Source: Eledone cirrhosa (taxonomy: Eukaryota). From it: a DNA stretch of 64,000 bases. The stretch is taken from NCBI GenBank assembly GCA_964016885.1, contig OZ024740.1, positions 435,364,001-435,428,000 of the forward strand. The letters run 5' to 3'. The translations under genes and the position numbers were made by a program. A model generated the notes under the pieces. It did not search any database. It worked only from the letters and a program-made list of their open reading frames with translations, and was not told where the DNA came from. Positions 10,037 to 24,351 of the stretch are shown here, one piece after another (the first letter of the stretch is position 1; each line of letters opens with the position of its first letter).

Positions 10037-11480
10037 AGCCATGTATAGGGGAGCAGTCAGCAAAGTTAGGATTAGCAATGAGTATAGCGAGGAATTTAAC
10101 ATACAGGTTGGGGTCCACCAGGGCTCTGTTCTTAGCCCTCTCCTGTTCATCATAGTCCTGCAGGCAATAACGGAGGAGTTTAAGACCGGATGCCCATGGG
10201 AACTCCTGTATGCTGATGACCTCGCACTCATAGCTGAATCTATGGTAGAACTAGAGAATAAATTCCAAACCTGGAAGCAGGGACTAGAGAGAAAGGGTCT
10301 CAAAGTCAACATGACAAAGACTAAGGTCCTTGTAACTAGACGAGAAAACAGAACCCAGATCTCCTCAGGGAAATGGCCTTGCTCAGTATGTAGGAAAGGT
10401 GTAGGTAGGAACTCCATTCTCTGCCCCAAATGCAAACAATGGGTACACAAGAGATGTAGCGGGATCTCAGGAAGCTTAATTAAGAATGTAGGATTCACAT
10501 GCAGCAGCTGTGCTGAAACAGCAAGCAGCAAACAGCCACAGGAAACAAGTACCACCAATCTCTGGGAGGGCACTGTAGAAACAGTAGACAGCTTCTGCTA
10601 CCTAGGTGACCGAATTAGCAACGGAGGTGGGTGTTCAGAAAGTACAATAACTAGGGTAAGAACGGGATGGAAGAAGTTTAGGGAACTACTACCACTGCTA
10701 GCTGCAAAAGGCTTCTCCCTCAGAATGAAAGGCAGACTGTATGATGCGTGTATCCGAACAGCGATGTTGCATGGTAGTGAGACCTGGGCGCTGAAGGTGG
10801 AAGACTTACGTAGATTAGAGAGAAACGAAGCCTGCATGCTCCGATGGATGTGTAACAGTAATATACGTGAACGACAAAGCATAAATGAATTGAGAGAGAG
10901 ACTGAGCATAAGAGGAATCAAATGCTGTGTGCAGGAGAGGCGGTTGCGCTGGTATGGACATGTGATGCGTATGAAGGATGACAGCTGCATAAAAAGGTGC
11001 AGAGCACTAGAAGTTGATGGAAACCGCGGAGTGGGGAGACCCAAGATGACCTGGGATGAGGTGATAAAAGCCGACCTTACCCAATTACACCTCTCAAAGA
11101 CAATGACACACGACCGTGACTTCTGGCGTCATGCAGTAATACAGAGTACCCGACCTCCCATGGGTACATGCTGAAGCATATAAACAATATGCCCCCACAC
11201 CCCCCACCGCAAGGTGGTCGTGGAGGTGCCACGGCAAAAAAGCACACAGCCCACACTGTAAAGTGGACGTGTAGGTGCCACGAAAAAGCACCCAGCACTC
11301 ACTGTAAATGAGGTTGGTGTTAGGAAGGGCATCCAGCTGTAGAAATCAAGCCAGATCAGTTCCTGTATGAGCAAGGCATGGTCAGCCGACCAGACACTGC
11401 ACACAACAGGACAACCCGTCTAACCCATGCTAGCGTGGAAGAACGGACGTAAAACAGTGATGATGATGATGATGATGATG
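10037..11480 (+). mobile_element. Young 5'-truncated RTE copy inserted in the minisatellite
   Basis: Frame 10041-11174 differs from the 198-3317 protein by about 11 substitutions and 1 indel in 377 aa. (GAT)n tail. AATAT on both sides (10032-10036, 11481-11485) is a possible TSD. Confidence 0.95.
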
Positions 11481-11917
11481 AATATCACCACCATATGTAA
11501 TATCACTGCCATATGTAGTATCACCATATGTAATATCACCATATGTAATATCACCATATGTAATATTACCACCATATATATCACCATATGTAATATCACC
11601 TCCATATGTAATATCACCATATGTAATATCATCATATGTAATATCATCACCATATGTAATATCACTATATGTAATATTACCACCATATATATCACCATAT
11701 GTAATATCACCACCATATGTAGTATCACCATATGTAATATCACCATATGTTATATCACCACCATATGTAATATCACCACCATATGTAATATCACCATATG
11801 TAATATCACCACCATATGTAATATCACCACCATATGTAATATCACCATATGTAATATCACCACCATATGTAATATCACCACCATATGTAATATCACCACC
11901 ATATGTAATATCACCAT
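11481..11917. repeat. 15/18-bp minisatellite, right part
   Basis: Same unit as 9342-10036. Confidence 0.95.
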
Positions 11918-12171
11918 CAACCATATTGACATGATGATGCTCTATCTTTTGCTCAACTCCTCCACATTGTCTTGAATCAACTGAAACTCTGTTGAGTAGT
12001 AAATCCTTTGGTGTTGTAAGAGAAACTCACTAGTGTTGGTGCCACAATACACCCAGTACTCACATTTGACTCAGCAGCTACAGGATGATTGGATGTGATT
12101 TAGGAAGATCTCCAGAGGCTAGACATCACCTTGTAGGATGCAGAGGGGCTGGCATGGGACCACCAGCAATG

Positions 12172-12551
12172 GAGGGCATTGGTGGACCTGATTGGCTCTA
12201 TGTATGATATCTCTGGGATCACTGACCTAGGATGACCTCAGTCTCATCGAGGGCATTGGTGGACCTGATTGGCTCCATGTATGATATCTCTGGGATCACT
12301 GACCTAGGATGACCTCAGTCTCATCGAGGGCATTGGTGGACCTGATTGGCTCCATGTATGATATCTCTGGGATCACTGACCTAGGATGACCTCAGTCTCA
12401 TCGAGGGCGTTGGTGGACCTGATTGACTCCATGTATGATATCTCTGGGATCACTGACCTAGGATGACCTCAGTCTCATCGAGGGCATTGGTGGACCTGAT
12501 TGGCTCTATGTATGATACTTCTGGGATCACTGACCTAGGATGACCTCAGTC
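12172..12551. repeat. 77-bp tandem repeat, 5 copies
   Basis: GAGGGCATTGGTGGACCTGATTGG... recurs with period 77 (12172, 12249, ...). Confidence 0.95.
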
Positions 12552-13047
12552 GTATCTTGCAAGAACAAGATGAATATGCTGAAACTGTGTAAAGTGTTTG
12601 GTTTTAGAAAGAGAAGTTATAGAAATCATGTGAAAAGCAGAACATTGAGAGTGAGACATGTTAAAACCTAGGATGGTGGTCACTCCCATATAAACAGATC
12701 TGGACTGTCGCAGTCTGTCCATTCAATGTCTAACATGGAAAGCTGATGTAAAATGATGATCTGCATATGTATGTTTGAATGTGTGTAGGTGTGAGTCTGT
12801 GTAGGTGTGAGTGTGTGTATATATGTGTTAGTCACTACATACATCACAATATTGACACCATTTCAAAAGCAAACAAGGATGTTTGTCTATGTCTCGCAGC
12901 ATTGTGATTCAACAAACTTCAGCAATATCTGCTTTCCATTGAAACAATATGTACAGGGTTGTCTCAGAGAGGACATCCGGACTTAGAAAAAATTGCCCCC
13001 AAAATGTCTCATCTAACCCATGCCAACATATATTTGACAAAACTTTT

Positions 13048-13340
13048 TGAGGAAGAAACTGGGTATATGAGGAATCAGAAGTACTGTGCAGGAGAGGAGA
13101 CTGTATTGGTATGGACATGTAATGTGTATAGATAATGACTGCTGAAGAAGTGCCAAGTAATCCCAGCAGGAAGAAGTTGCAGTTGAGGAAGACCTGGATG
13201 GAAGTGATGAGAACTGATCTCAGATTGCTAAAGCTCACAGAGAAGATGACGAAGAAATGCAACAAGTAAAGAGATATCAGAAAAGGACCTGTCCAACCCA
13301 AGAGTGGAACAACGGATGTAAAATAATGATAATGATGATT
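13048..13340 (+). mobile_element. Old degraded RTE 3' end
   Basis: Similar to the RKKLG..QERRL.WYGHV coding region, ending in an (ATG)-like tail. Confidence 0.65.
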
Positions 13341-14337
13341 GTAGAAGTAAAATATTTTCTCTAATTGTTGAGGAATTCCATAACTTTAGGAATAAGAATC
13401 TGTTTAGAAACCAAACTATCTCTAATCTATTCAAAAACGAAGTTATCTCTAATGTGGAAAGTGGGTACCAGGAGACAATAAATGTTGGTTTGTCTCCCTC
13501 ACATTTTTTAGGCAAACGAGGCCCCTGATTAGAAAGATTCCTTGTTTCTTGAAGATCTGGGATGAGATAACACACACTAAATGCAAGGGAGCCCTTACTT
13601 CAATGTTACAGAAGAAATCTGTTTAAAAATGAAATAATTAGTCGGAATGAATGTTGATTTTGGGACCCCTTTATGCGGAACTTTCAATATTGTTTGAGCA
13701 ATAGCATTATATACATTCCGTGTCCACTAAAATAATAATAGAGTTTATCTTCCATTAAGTTTTACAGTGGAAATACATGTGAGTAATAAAACAGACTGTA
13801 TTCCTGTTATCTTATAATTGATATTGTATTGAACTAACAACAAAACAACTGATACAAATAGAGAATAATAACAAAGACAAGGAGAATATGTGACATTAAG
13901 TAAACAATGAACTGGAAAGTCATGTCAATGGCACAATAACACTGTACTCACAGAAATAGTAAAAATGTATGTCATGAAATATGAAGGAATGATTGAAACA
14001 ATGTTGTCAAGCAGGCTAAGAGAATAGTTAATATATTTCTATATAAAGCCTATCATATGAAGTCTCTTCACAGAAAGCAATAAAGCCACCGAAATATATC
14101 CAATCGAATAGTTTTGTATTTAAATCAGGGCATATAGATATTTACACATATGGGAAACATATATTTATCTAAACAGGAATGAAGGAAGTATTACTGATTA
14201 TATAATATATTAGCAGAAGTACCTGGCATTGCCCGGGTTAAAGAAAGTAATTAAATTCTATTCAAAACTTGATATATTTTCTGAATTTTTATTGTGATTA
14301 GTGATTCTAACATTACCAACATAACAAATTCTGTGAG

Positions 14338-14588
14338 ATCATCATCACCACCACCACCACCACCACCATCACTACCACCACCACCACCATTATCACCACC
14401 ACCATCATCACCATCACCACCACCACCATCACTACCACCACCACCATCATCACCACCATCATCACCACCACCATCCTCACCATCATCATCACCATCATCA
14501 TCATCATCACCACCACCATCACCACCATCATCACCATCATTATCATTATCATCATCATCATCATCGTCATCATCATCGTCATCCTCAT
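14338..14588. repeat. (CAC/CAT)n microsatellite, probably an expanded tail of a minus-strand RTE-like end at about 14590-14830
   Basis: Trinucleotide repeat followed by TTTTCCACACTAGCATGGG, the reverse complement of the RTE tail motif. Confidence 0.8.
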
Positions 14589-16191
14589 CGGCTGCTTTTC
14601 CACACTAGCATGGGTTTGATGGGTTCTTCTCAGAACGGCATCTCTCCTTTGTCATCATCTCTGTGAGTCTCAGGGATTTGAAGTCAGCTCTCACAACCTC
14701 TGCCCAGTGGAGGGAAATCGCGGTAGAGGTAGACCAGGTTTTTCATGGTCTACCTCTCCTGCCACTTCCTGCCACTTCTTCACCCAACACTCATTGGCTA
14801 TGTTCATCACATGTCAAATGCTTTCTTTATGGTCCATTCTTTTTTTTTTTTTTTTGTAATTTCTTTTATTATTTTTGTAATTATTTTTTTATCCCCCCCC
14901 CCCCAACTAGGACTAATAAATTACCTATTGACCTATATTAGTATTAGTAGGTGTTATTATGTTTAGTGTGGATAAACTACTGATCTAGTCAAATTGAATC
15001 AGTTTATCAAGAACCTTCTCTGTTTTATGGTCTTAGTGGTAAGTGTTTTACCTGGTTATAAAATTATTTCAATGTGTACTTGTGTGTGTGTGTGTGTATA
15101 TTTGTGTGTGTGTGTGTATGTGTAGCATTTTGCATGTTTATAATTCAGTTTCTGTGCATCTTTGCATGTCTGTTTGTGTGTTTTGACCACCCTCTGTGTG
15201 TGTGTGTCTTTGACCACCCTCTGTGTCTGTGTGTCTGTATTTTCCCCACCCTCTGTGTATGTGTGTGTGTTTTCCCCATGGTCTGTGTGTGTATGTGTTT
15301 CCCCATCCTGTGTGTATGTGTGTGTATGTGTGTATGTGTTTCCCCATTGTCAGTACCACTATAACTACATTGTTGATTGTAAGCCATGTTTGTAGTTCAG
15401 AACAATCTTTTGATGAATTTAGTAACATGATATTATCTCATTTCTCTTATTTAGCAAGCATGTTTTTTGAGTCATTATGTTGTATTTTTCTGCTATGCAC
15501 AAGAGGCAACTCTCAGATCCATTTATATAGAGAGCTGCACAGTCTATTATTCTCCATTTTATGTTTGTGATTATTTAAATCATTGGAACAGCCTTCCTTT
15601 TAATACAAATGTAACCGTTAGAGGCATAACAATCAACACAAACTCCTGGGTTAGTGTCTCCTTTATAAAGTAATATTGGTATGGAATAAATGTCAAAGTA
15701 ATGAGAAATAATGTGGTTGGAATGGGTCAGTATGGACATGCAAGTCTACTGTGACCCATTATTGGCAGAGGGTCAAAAGTGATAAGAGTGGTGGTGTAAG
15801 ACAAGAAAGCACAGTTGTTACACCTAAGGCCACAAAAGCTGAGGGCTTTTTCCTCTTAAGGGCTGAAAGCAAGACAAAATAATGAACATGCTCCTGTAGC
15901 ACCATTGTACCATTGGCTGCTCTGAAGATTGTTGGAAAGTTGAAGGAGAAGGAATGACCCAAAGAACCTTTGACTTTTGGCTATGGGCTTGCTCTTTTGA
16001 TATAGTATAACATCTGCCAGAGCAAAAACGTTATGAATAATTTCTTTTTTTTAAAGCTGTAAATTATAATCAATTTGGTGTGTTAACCGGCTTACCAATG
16101 TATACAGGGAGTTTACTTGCCCTAGGGGTCAGGAAGACACTCGGTATATAATGGAAACAATACTGAAAGAAAAGGAAAAACAATAAAAATA

Positions 16192-16378
16192 ATTGTTTCT
16201 ACGTTAGGCACAAGGCCAGCAATTATCCCAGTGAATTTCTGATACTTTATTTTATCGACCCCGTAAGGATGAAAGGCAGAGTTAACCTCGGCGGGATTTG
16301 AACTCAGAATGGCAAGGGCCGTAACTCTATGCGTCAAAGCATGGTGTCCGACCTTCTACCGATACTGCCAATCCACCA
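16192..16378 (-). mobile_element. SINE family A
   Basis: Reverse complement of the 7852-8030 family. Confidence 0.85.
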
Positions 16379-16710
16379 CTCCCGAAGGAAAAGGAATAAT
16401 AATAATAATTTCTTTATTAGGTTTGCACATAGAATACAGTAAACATAAATATTGGGATTACAATACATGTGATGGCTGGACAAAGTTATGTAAAACAAGG
16501 GTAGAAGAAAGGGGTGTTATATAATAGAGAGAATTTTTCATTAAAACATGAAATATGTATAAAATTATTATAAAACATAATAATTAACACAAGATATCAT
16601 ATATTCTTTAAAAAGCCATTTAGGGTTCCCCACTACACATAGCTGGGAGTCACCAATTATGTCAGAGTATATGACTTTGCTAGGTGACTTAATTAGCTTC
16701 AGGGGTGGGT

Positions 16711-19271
16711 GTATACTTGTCATGTAGCATCTCTCCTCACCTCTATGTAGTGTATCCTGCTTGCCTCGTTCTTCCATTTTTTCCATGCCTATCTCTTGGC
16801 CTTAATTGTCACATCTACCTTATGGTTCCACCATTAAATCCCTCTCCTCTCTGTAGCCCTGCTCTATCCACAGATTTCGTCTGTTGCCTTCAGTAGATTA
16901 TCTTTCAGGAACTCCCAAAGTTCTTCTACATTGAATGTCTCTATCTGTTCTTCTTTACTATCGTAGGTAATGAGTATGTCTGGGATGATAAAGGTGCACT
17001 TGCCTTCACAGGCACCGAAAAGAAAGCTACATGGAAGAGCCATTATGAAAGGTTATTGAATGAGGAGAATGGGTGGGGGAAAGAGACCATACCCCAAGTG
17101 GACCCCACAGAGAGCCCAGCTGTACAAGTCAGCAACAGTGTAATAAGTAAGGCAATTAATGATATGAAGACTGGGAAAGCAGCCAGTCCATCGGGAACAG
17201 TTGCTGAGATGCTGAAAGCATCTGGGTTGGTATGTCACGCCATAATCCCACGTATTGTAAACCAAGTAATACTAGAGGGTGTCATACCAAATGATTGGTG
17301 CAGCAGGATCATTTGTCAACTACTACAAAGGTAAAGGAGATGCACTAGATAGAGGAAACTATAGAGGTATAAAGCTGATGGACCAGGTCATGAAAGTAAC
17401 TGAAAGAGTTATAGCACAGTTGATTAGGGACTGGGTAAATCTGGATGAGATGCAGTTCGGATTTGTACCAGGCAAAAGCACCACTGATGCTCTCTTCCTT
17501 GTGAAGCAGTTACAGGAAAAGTACCTAGCTAAAATTAAGCCACTCTACTTGACATTTGTTGATATGGAGAAAGCTTTCAACAGAGTGCTCCATGACATAA
17601 TCTGGTGGGCTCTTAGAAAACTAGGAGTAGATGAGTGGCTTGTGAAGGCCATACAAGCCAGGTATAGGGGAACAGTCAGCAAAGTTAGGATTAAAAATGA
17701 CTATAGCAAGGAATTTAGCATACAGGTTGGTGTCCATCAGGGCTCTGTTCTTAGCTCTCTCCTGTTTATTATAGCCTGCAGGCTATAACAGAGGAGTTTA
17801 AGACTGGCTGCCCATTGGAACTCCTATATGCGGATGATCTTATACTCATAGTAGAATCTATGGTGGAACCAGAGAAGAAATTCCAAACATGGAAGCAAGA
17901 CCTAGAAAGAAGGGATCTTAAAGTTAACCTGACAAAGACTAAGGTCCTAGTAAGTAGAAGAGAAAACAGAACCCTGATTCCCTCAGGGAAATGGCCTTGC
18001 TCAGTATGTAGGAAAGGTGTAGGTAGGAATTCCATCCTCTACCCCAAATGCAAACTATGGGTACACAAAAGATGTAGTGGGATCTCAGGAAGTTTAGCTA
18101 AGAATGTAGGCTTTACATGTAGCAGTTGCACTGGGACAGCAAGCAGCAAACAACCGCAGGAAACAAGCGCTACCAATATATAGGAGGGCTCTGTAGAAAC
18201 AGTAGACAGCTTCTGTTAGGTGACTGAATTAGCAGAGGAGGTGGGTGTTCTGAAAGTACAGTAACCAGAGTCAGAATAGGATGGAAGAAGTTCAGGGAGC
18301 TACTATTACTGCTGGCTACAAAAGCTTTTCCCTCAAAATGATGCATGCATACGAACAGCAATGTTGCATGGTAGTGAGACCTGGGCACTGTGTGTAAAAG
18401 ACTTGCATAGATTGGAAAGAAACGGAGCATGCATACTCCGATGGATGTGTAACAGTAATATACATGAACGGCAAAGCATAAAAGAACTGAGGGAGAAACT
18501 AGGTATAAGAGGAATCAAATGCTGTGTGCAGGAGAGGAGGTTGTGTGGGTATGGACATGTGATATGTATGAAGGATGACAGCTGTATAAAAAGATGCAGA
18601 GTGCACAAAGTCGATGAAAGCCTTGGAGTTGGGAGACCCAAGAAGCCCTGGGATGAGGTGATAAGAGCTGACCCTGCCCAACTGCACCTCTCAAAGGCGA
18701 TGGCACAGGACGGAGATCTCTGGCATTATGCAGTAATACAGAAGACCCAACTTCCCACGGGCACAGGCTGAGGCTGAAGCATATATATAGTATGCACCAC
18801 CCTACCCCACTCACACCCATACATCTCCCATGAGAATAGGCTGGAGAATACATCCAGTGAAGTGTCCAGTCCACACAGTAAAGTGTTTGTGATAGCAACA
18901 CAGTAAAAAGCACCTAGCCCACACTGTAAAGTGGTTGCATAGGTGTCATGATAAAAATTACCTAGTCCACATTGTAAAGTGATTGTGATGGCGACATGAC
19001 AAAAAGCTCCCAGCCCACACTGTAAAGTGGTCATGTAGGTGTCACAAAAAAAGCACCCAGCCCACACTGTAAGTGTCACGATAAAAAGTGCCCAGTACTC
19101 ACTGTAAATGAGGTTGGTGTTAGGAAGGGCATCCAGCTGTAGAAACAAAGCCAAAATCAGTTCTGTATAAGCAGGACATGGTAACATGACCTAGCATTGC
19201 TCACAACAGGACAACTCGTCCAACCCATGCCAGCATGGAAAAATGGACATTAAACGGTGATGATGATGATA
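16711..19271 (+). mobile_element. Older RTE copy with 5' inversion; frameshifted RT pseudogene
   Basis: 16711-16976 is the reverse complement of reference 1108-1376. 16977-19271 is colinear with reference about 1505 to the tail, with stops and frameshifts (ORF pieces 17056, 17279, 17815, 18361). Confidence 0.9.
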
Positions 19272-19654
19272 TAAACTCTGCGCGTGTAATGCAGATAATT
19301 TTATGGTAAATTTTATATTTCATTTAAGACTTAATTTATTAATTTATGTAAATTAAAAAAAAATATCTAAATTATTATTTTCAATATAAATGTTTAAAAT
19401 GTTAAATAATGATATACGTTTCTTTTCTTTTTGTTTTGAAATTCTAAACTAATTGTTAAATATAACTTATTTAATATAAAGACTGAATTGAATATAAAAC
19501 ACTTTAAAAAGAGAAAAACGTTCACAAGTAAAAAGAAAGAAACGTGAAAAAGGGAAAAAAAATTTTCATTCAACTAAAACGGAAATGTAATCACAAGTGA
19601 AATGTTTAATTTGTCACCGTAAATTGTCATTCAGCCACCATCCCCATCGCATTG

Positions 19655-20462
19655 TAACACCACCATCACTTGCATATACCGTCACCATCACTTATATATA
19701 CCACCACCGCCACCATCACTTATATATACCATCACCGCCACCATCACTTATATATACCACCACCGCCACCATCACTTATATATACCACCACCGCCACCAT
19801 CACTTATATATACCACCACCGCTACCATCACTTGCATATACTACCGCCACCGCTACCATAACTTGCATATAATGCCACCTCCACCATCATATACCACCGC
19901 CACCATCATATACCACCGCCACCATCACCATTACATGTGCATAATACCACCGTCACCGCCACTTTTATTTGTATATAACACCGCCGCCACCATCACTTCT
20001 ATATAATACCACCGCCAGCATTACTATGAACCACAGTCACCACCACCACCACCACTATTACTATGTACGACAGCCACTACCACATCTATACATCACCACC
20101 ACCATCACTTCCATATAACACCACCACCACTACCATATAACACTACCACAACCATCACCACATAACACCACCACCACCATCACTTCCATATAACACCACC
20201 ACCACCGCCATATAACACCACCACTACCATATAACACCACCACCATCACTTCCATATAACACCACCACTACCATATAACACCACCACCATCACTTCCATA
20301 TAACTCCACCACCGCCATATAACACCACCACTACCATATAACACCACCACCGCCATATAACTCCACCACTACCATATAACACCACCACCATCACTTCCAT
20401 ATAACACCACCACTACCATATAACACCACCACCGCCATATAACTCCACCACCACCATGTACC
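19655..20462. repeat. CAC-rich compound minisatellite
   Basis: Units ACCACCGCCACCATCACTTATATAT and ACCACCACTACCATATAAC. Confidence 0.9.
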
Positions 20463-20606
20463 ACATTAGATCAATAGTAGCACAGAGAAGTCTGTCTATG
20501 TAATTGATGTTTCAATTTTCCAGATATCGTGAAAGGAGTTTTCATATTTGTGAGAGTCGGTGGTACCAAGTAAAGATTATGGCTAAATCATTGAGATAGA
20601 GAAGAC

Positions 20607-20813
20607 GACCAATCAGCTAATACTTTATAAATAGACTCTTCATGTTCTAAACATATAGAAATATATAGAAATATATAATAGAAATAGAAATAAAAGCTTT
20701 AGTATGATGTTAGGAGGGCGTTTGGTATATACCATGTCAACAAACTTTTAATTTTCGGTCGCTGGATATAATCAGACCTGGATTTTTCTAACTGGATCAC
20801 ATTATTGGTAAGT
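20607..20813 (+). promoter_or_regulatory. Candidate Pol II promoter and non-coding first exon
   Basis: GACCAATCAG at 20607-20616, TATAAATA at 20626-20633, consensus donor TG|GTAAGT at 20808, all in unique sequence. Confidence 0.3.
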
Positions 20814-21515
20814 TTTATTGCTTTCTATTAATTCCATCCATTGTTGATTATATTGTTGAAATATTATATTTAGATGTTGAATTTTAAATATGTTTAAAGA
20901 CGTATCGATCGCCAATCATGGTTGCTATTGATAACAATATTTGTTTTCTTACTGTTTCTTTTTCACACGCACCAAATATTATTATTTATAAACCAATTGC
21001 GCAGATTTTACGTTAATTTCCAGACATTTAATTGCTTTTTTTAAGGGAGGAAGATTATGCGACTTCTCTGCCACATTCTTCGATAAAATTCCAGCTCTGT
21101 TGGCCTAATACAAGTACTTCCCCTCTTCACCGTCGGAACACACTGGATCTTCTATTAATGCTGGAAAAACGTGTTATATATTTCATTAACAATCACATAT
21201 ATATACACAATATATATATATATATATATATACATTATGTATATATACAGTATATACATACATGTGAATTATATGAAGTGATTGTTGTTTATGACTTGCA
21301 CTTACACCTATATATTCTCCTATTTACACCTGGCGCTATAATGTACCGAGAAGCACCTCATCCTTTACAAATGACAATATATTTCTCTGCAGTTATATAT
21401 ATATAATTCGTTAAATGCCAGACGAAGTTTTCTTTATTATATTTCATATATTCAACGTGGTGTATATCGTCTTATGTAGCAACCTTTTTTCATTATTTAC
21501 AAATGAACAGATTTT

Positions 21516-21640
21516 AAATCCCGCCGAGGATAGCTTTACCTTTCATCCTTACGTGGTTGATAAAATAAAGTACCAGTGATGCACTAGGGTCTGTTTAATC
21601 CCCCAAAATTGTTGGCCTAGTGTCTAATTCATAAACCATT
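21516..21640 (+). mobile_element. SINE family A fragment
   Basis: AAATCCCGCCGAGG...TTTCATCCTTACG...AAAGTACCAG. Confidence 0.75.
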
Positions 21641-21845
21641 ATTTACTAATGGAATTAATGTACGTTTGTGTTTGTCTGCAATATAAAGGATATTTACAAC
21701 ATACCTTCACTTAAATCAAGTTTATTTTACCCTTTTTTATTATTACTTTTCAATTTAATGTATTACATCCGTAATTTATACATTATTTATTTATGTCTGA
21801 ACATATTCCAATGTGAATATTTGGAGATGCTTATTTTTATCTATC

Positions 21846-21877
<32 letters not shown>

Positions 21878-21893
21878 TTCTCTGTATCTATCT

Positions 21894-21954
<61 letters not shown>

Positions 21955-22360
21955 CTCTTCGTACAATATAATCTGCAAGACTGACTACGCATCTGTTCTG
22001 TATACTTGTACACCAAACATGCCAACTCACCTTGTCTTCATTATAACATACTTCATCTCACTGTCATTCCTATTATTTCTGTCAGACACAGCCTCTCACA
22101 TCTTCCTCACAACAATCCACATTCCTCGTATCTTCTTCACTCCATTCTATTATTATTTCTCACTCTCTCCCAACTTCCTTCTCTAGTTTTCACATGCTCA
22201 GATCAACCAATAACTTTTATTTTCGTTTTCTAAACAAATACTTTTCATTTTTCGTTTATATATATGTGTGTGTGTTTGTATATATATATATGTGTATATA
22301 TATATATGTGTGTGTGTTTGTATATATATATATGTGTATATATATATATGTGTGTGTGTT

Positions 22361-22407
<47 letters not shown>

Positions 22408-22483
22408 TTGAGTCCCGGGTTCAATCGAGGACAACCACAGTAAGTAAGGTACTCAATACATTAGTAGAGTGTAAACATCAAGT

Positions 22484-22597
22484 TTAATATAGCAATGGCT
22501 TCTACAGGACTAGAACTGTTTTATTTAAAAAAGAATCACCAGGAAATCCCTTTTGAATGAAACAGTTCTAGTCCTGTAGAAGCCATTGCTATATTAA
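22484..22597. mobile_element. Palindromic Penelope-like terminus with degenerate hammerhead
   Basis: Inverted arms of about 45 bp. Same family and same upstream AAGGTACT(C/T)AATACAT context as 4414-4522. Confidence 0.55.
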
Positions 22598-23993
22598 TGA
22601 TATATATATATATATATTAGCAGATCAACCCCAAACACTGCTAATGACTATATTTACTATATTTATATTTATAATAAGTATTTATTAGTAATAGTAGTAG
22701 AGGCAGCTTTATTTCTATTATAGACACAAATATATTTTAAATATATACATAAATAACATTACAAATGCTATTTATACAACTGTGTATATAGACACATGTC
22801 CGTATATCTCGTGGACCAGGTACAAGACAGTTTAATTGACCCAAGTCCATGAGCGAAGATAGTATTTGTAGCATTACTTAACAAAATGTTTCTATATTAA
22901 ATCATGTTGGAAGACCATTAATTCAAATAAAACCCTTGAAAATATGAGCCTTAGTTTCACTGAAGCCAGAGGTGGGTTTAGTTGGGTTCATATCATGTGT
23001 TGTAACTTATTGACCCCAGAAGGATGAAAGGTAAAGTTGATCCCGTCGGGGGTTGAACTTGGACATAAAGGGGCGTATTTAAATCTACATTATTATATAA
23101 TAAACTTCATGTGTTTTAATAAATTGTACCAAACAAACGTAGACGTCTTTAGAAGTTTAGTTTAATTAAATAAAAACAGTTTAATTTGTCCTGCCATTTG
23201 TCTCTCACTCCAACTTTTGACACTTTACCTATGTCGATATATTAACATGTTTCTGTCTTATTACAATAATAAAAAACCTAATTAGATGATTTACCTGTGT
23301 GTGTGTGTGTGTGTGTATATATATAATCACAACTCAACCTGTTTCTTTCGAGAAAGAATGGGAAAAATGAATACCTGAAAGTATAAGATATATATATATA
23401 TATATATATATATATTTCTTACAAGTTTTAGAATATTTCTCTTTAATCTCACTTTTGGTCTTTATTTTAAGTTATTGTTATTATGTTAAAAAAAATTTTT
23501 TTTATTGGATTTTCTATTTACAAATGAGAATATCGTTTCTTGTTAAGACGAAAGTACTTGCTATATAGATCCGAACAGATAGTAGTTGAAGCTAAAACAA
23601 TCTTGAGGTTTTCTTCATATTATCACTAGCAATTCTTGTCTGCTACTCACTTCGATTACAGGAACATGCAGTGTTTTTAGTATTTTTGAATTTTACTATT
23701 TATTTAAAACCTGCTATTTCCTCTTTATTTAAAACACACAATAATGATAATAATTGTTTAATTGCCACGAGGGTTCCATTAGTTGTAGTGCACCTGAGCT
23801 CTGTACACAATAATTTCATTATATATTAATAATTTTACATCATAATAATATAATACATTGTGCTGTAAGATTGATGAGGATATGACATAGAAATGGAAAT
23901 CCATATATTCACTTTATAATGTTTATAAATGGGGCTTCACTTTTGTTGACATATAAACACAATTTATATGTAAATTTAAGAAAGTGCTGGAGA

Positions 23994-24293
23994 CAGGGCT
24001 CGATTTAGACCTTTGAAGGGCCCGGAGTACTACATGTGGGGGAGAGGCTCATACACAAAAATTAGAAACATAGCGACCCCTTCCCCCTATTTTACATATT
24101 AAAGTTAGATTGGTGCAAGTAATTAGAATTGAAAAGTTATACATACAGGTATTAAATTCAAAAATTCTAACCATCCTAAAATTAAAAAGCCCAGCAGAAG
24201 GTACAAATAAATTATGGCCGTCGGTGGTAGGAGACCTCGCTGCAGGGGCCCGGGTCAATTGCCCCCCTTTGCTCCCTATTAAACCTGGGCCTG
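23994..24293. mobile_element. hAT-type MITE
   Basis: CAGGGC...GGCCTG imperfect TIRs and an exact 8-bp TSD GCTGGAGA (23986-23993, 24294-24301). Confidence 0.85.
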
Positions 24294-24351
24294 GCTGGAG
24301 AAGATATTCAGGTTGAATTACACTGTAAGGCTCCTAGCAATAATTGTATTT

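Noticed and set aside
9335-10573. 412-aa minus-strand ORF and (GDITY)n ORFs
   Set aside because: Antisense of the RTE copy fused to minisatellite translation.
13340-13530. Open frame ending SHFLGKRGP*, resembling a neuropeptide amidation site
   Set aside because: Single motif with no upstream dibasic site, signal peptide or good splice acceptor. Compatible with chance.
14210-14242. Helitron-like start (TAGCAG...ACCTGGCATTGCCCGGG)
   Set aside because: No matching other terminus could be identified, so the evidence is too thin to annotate.
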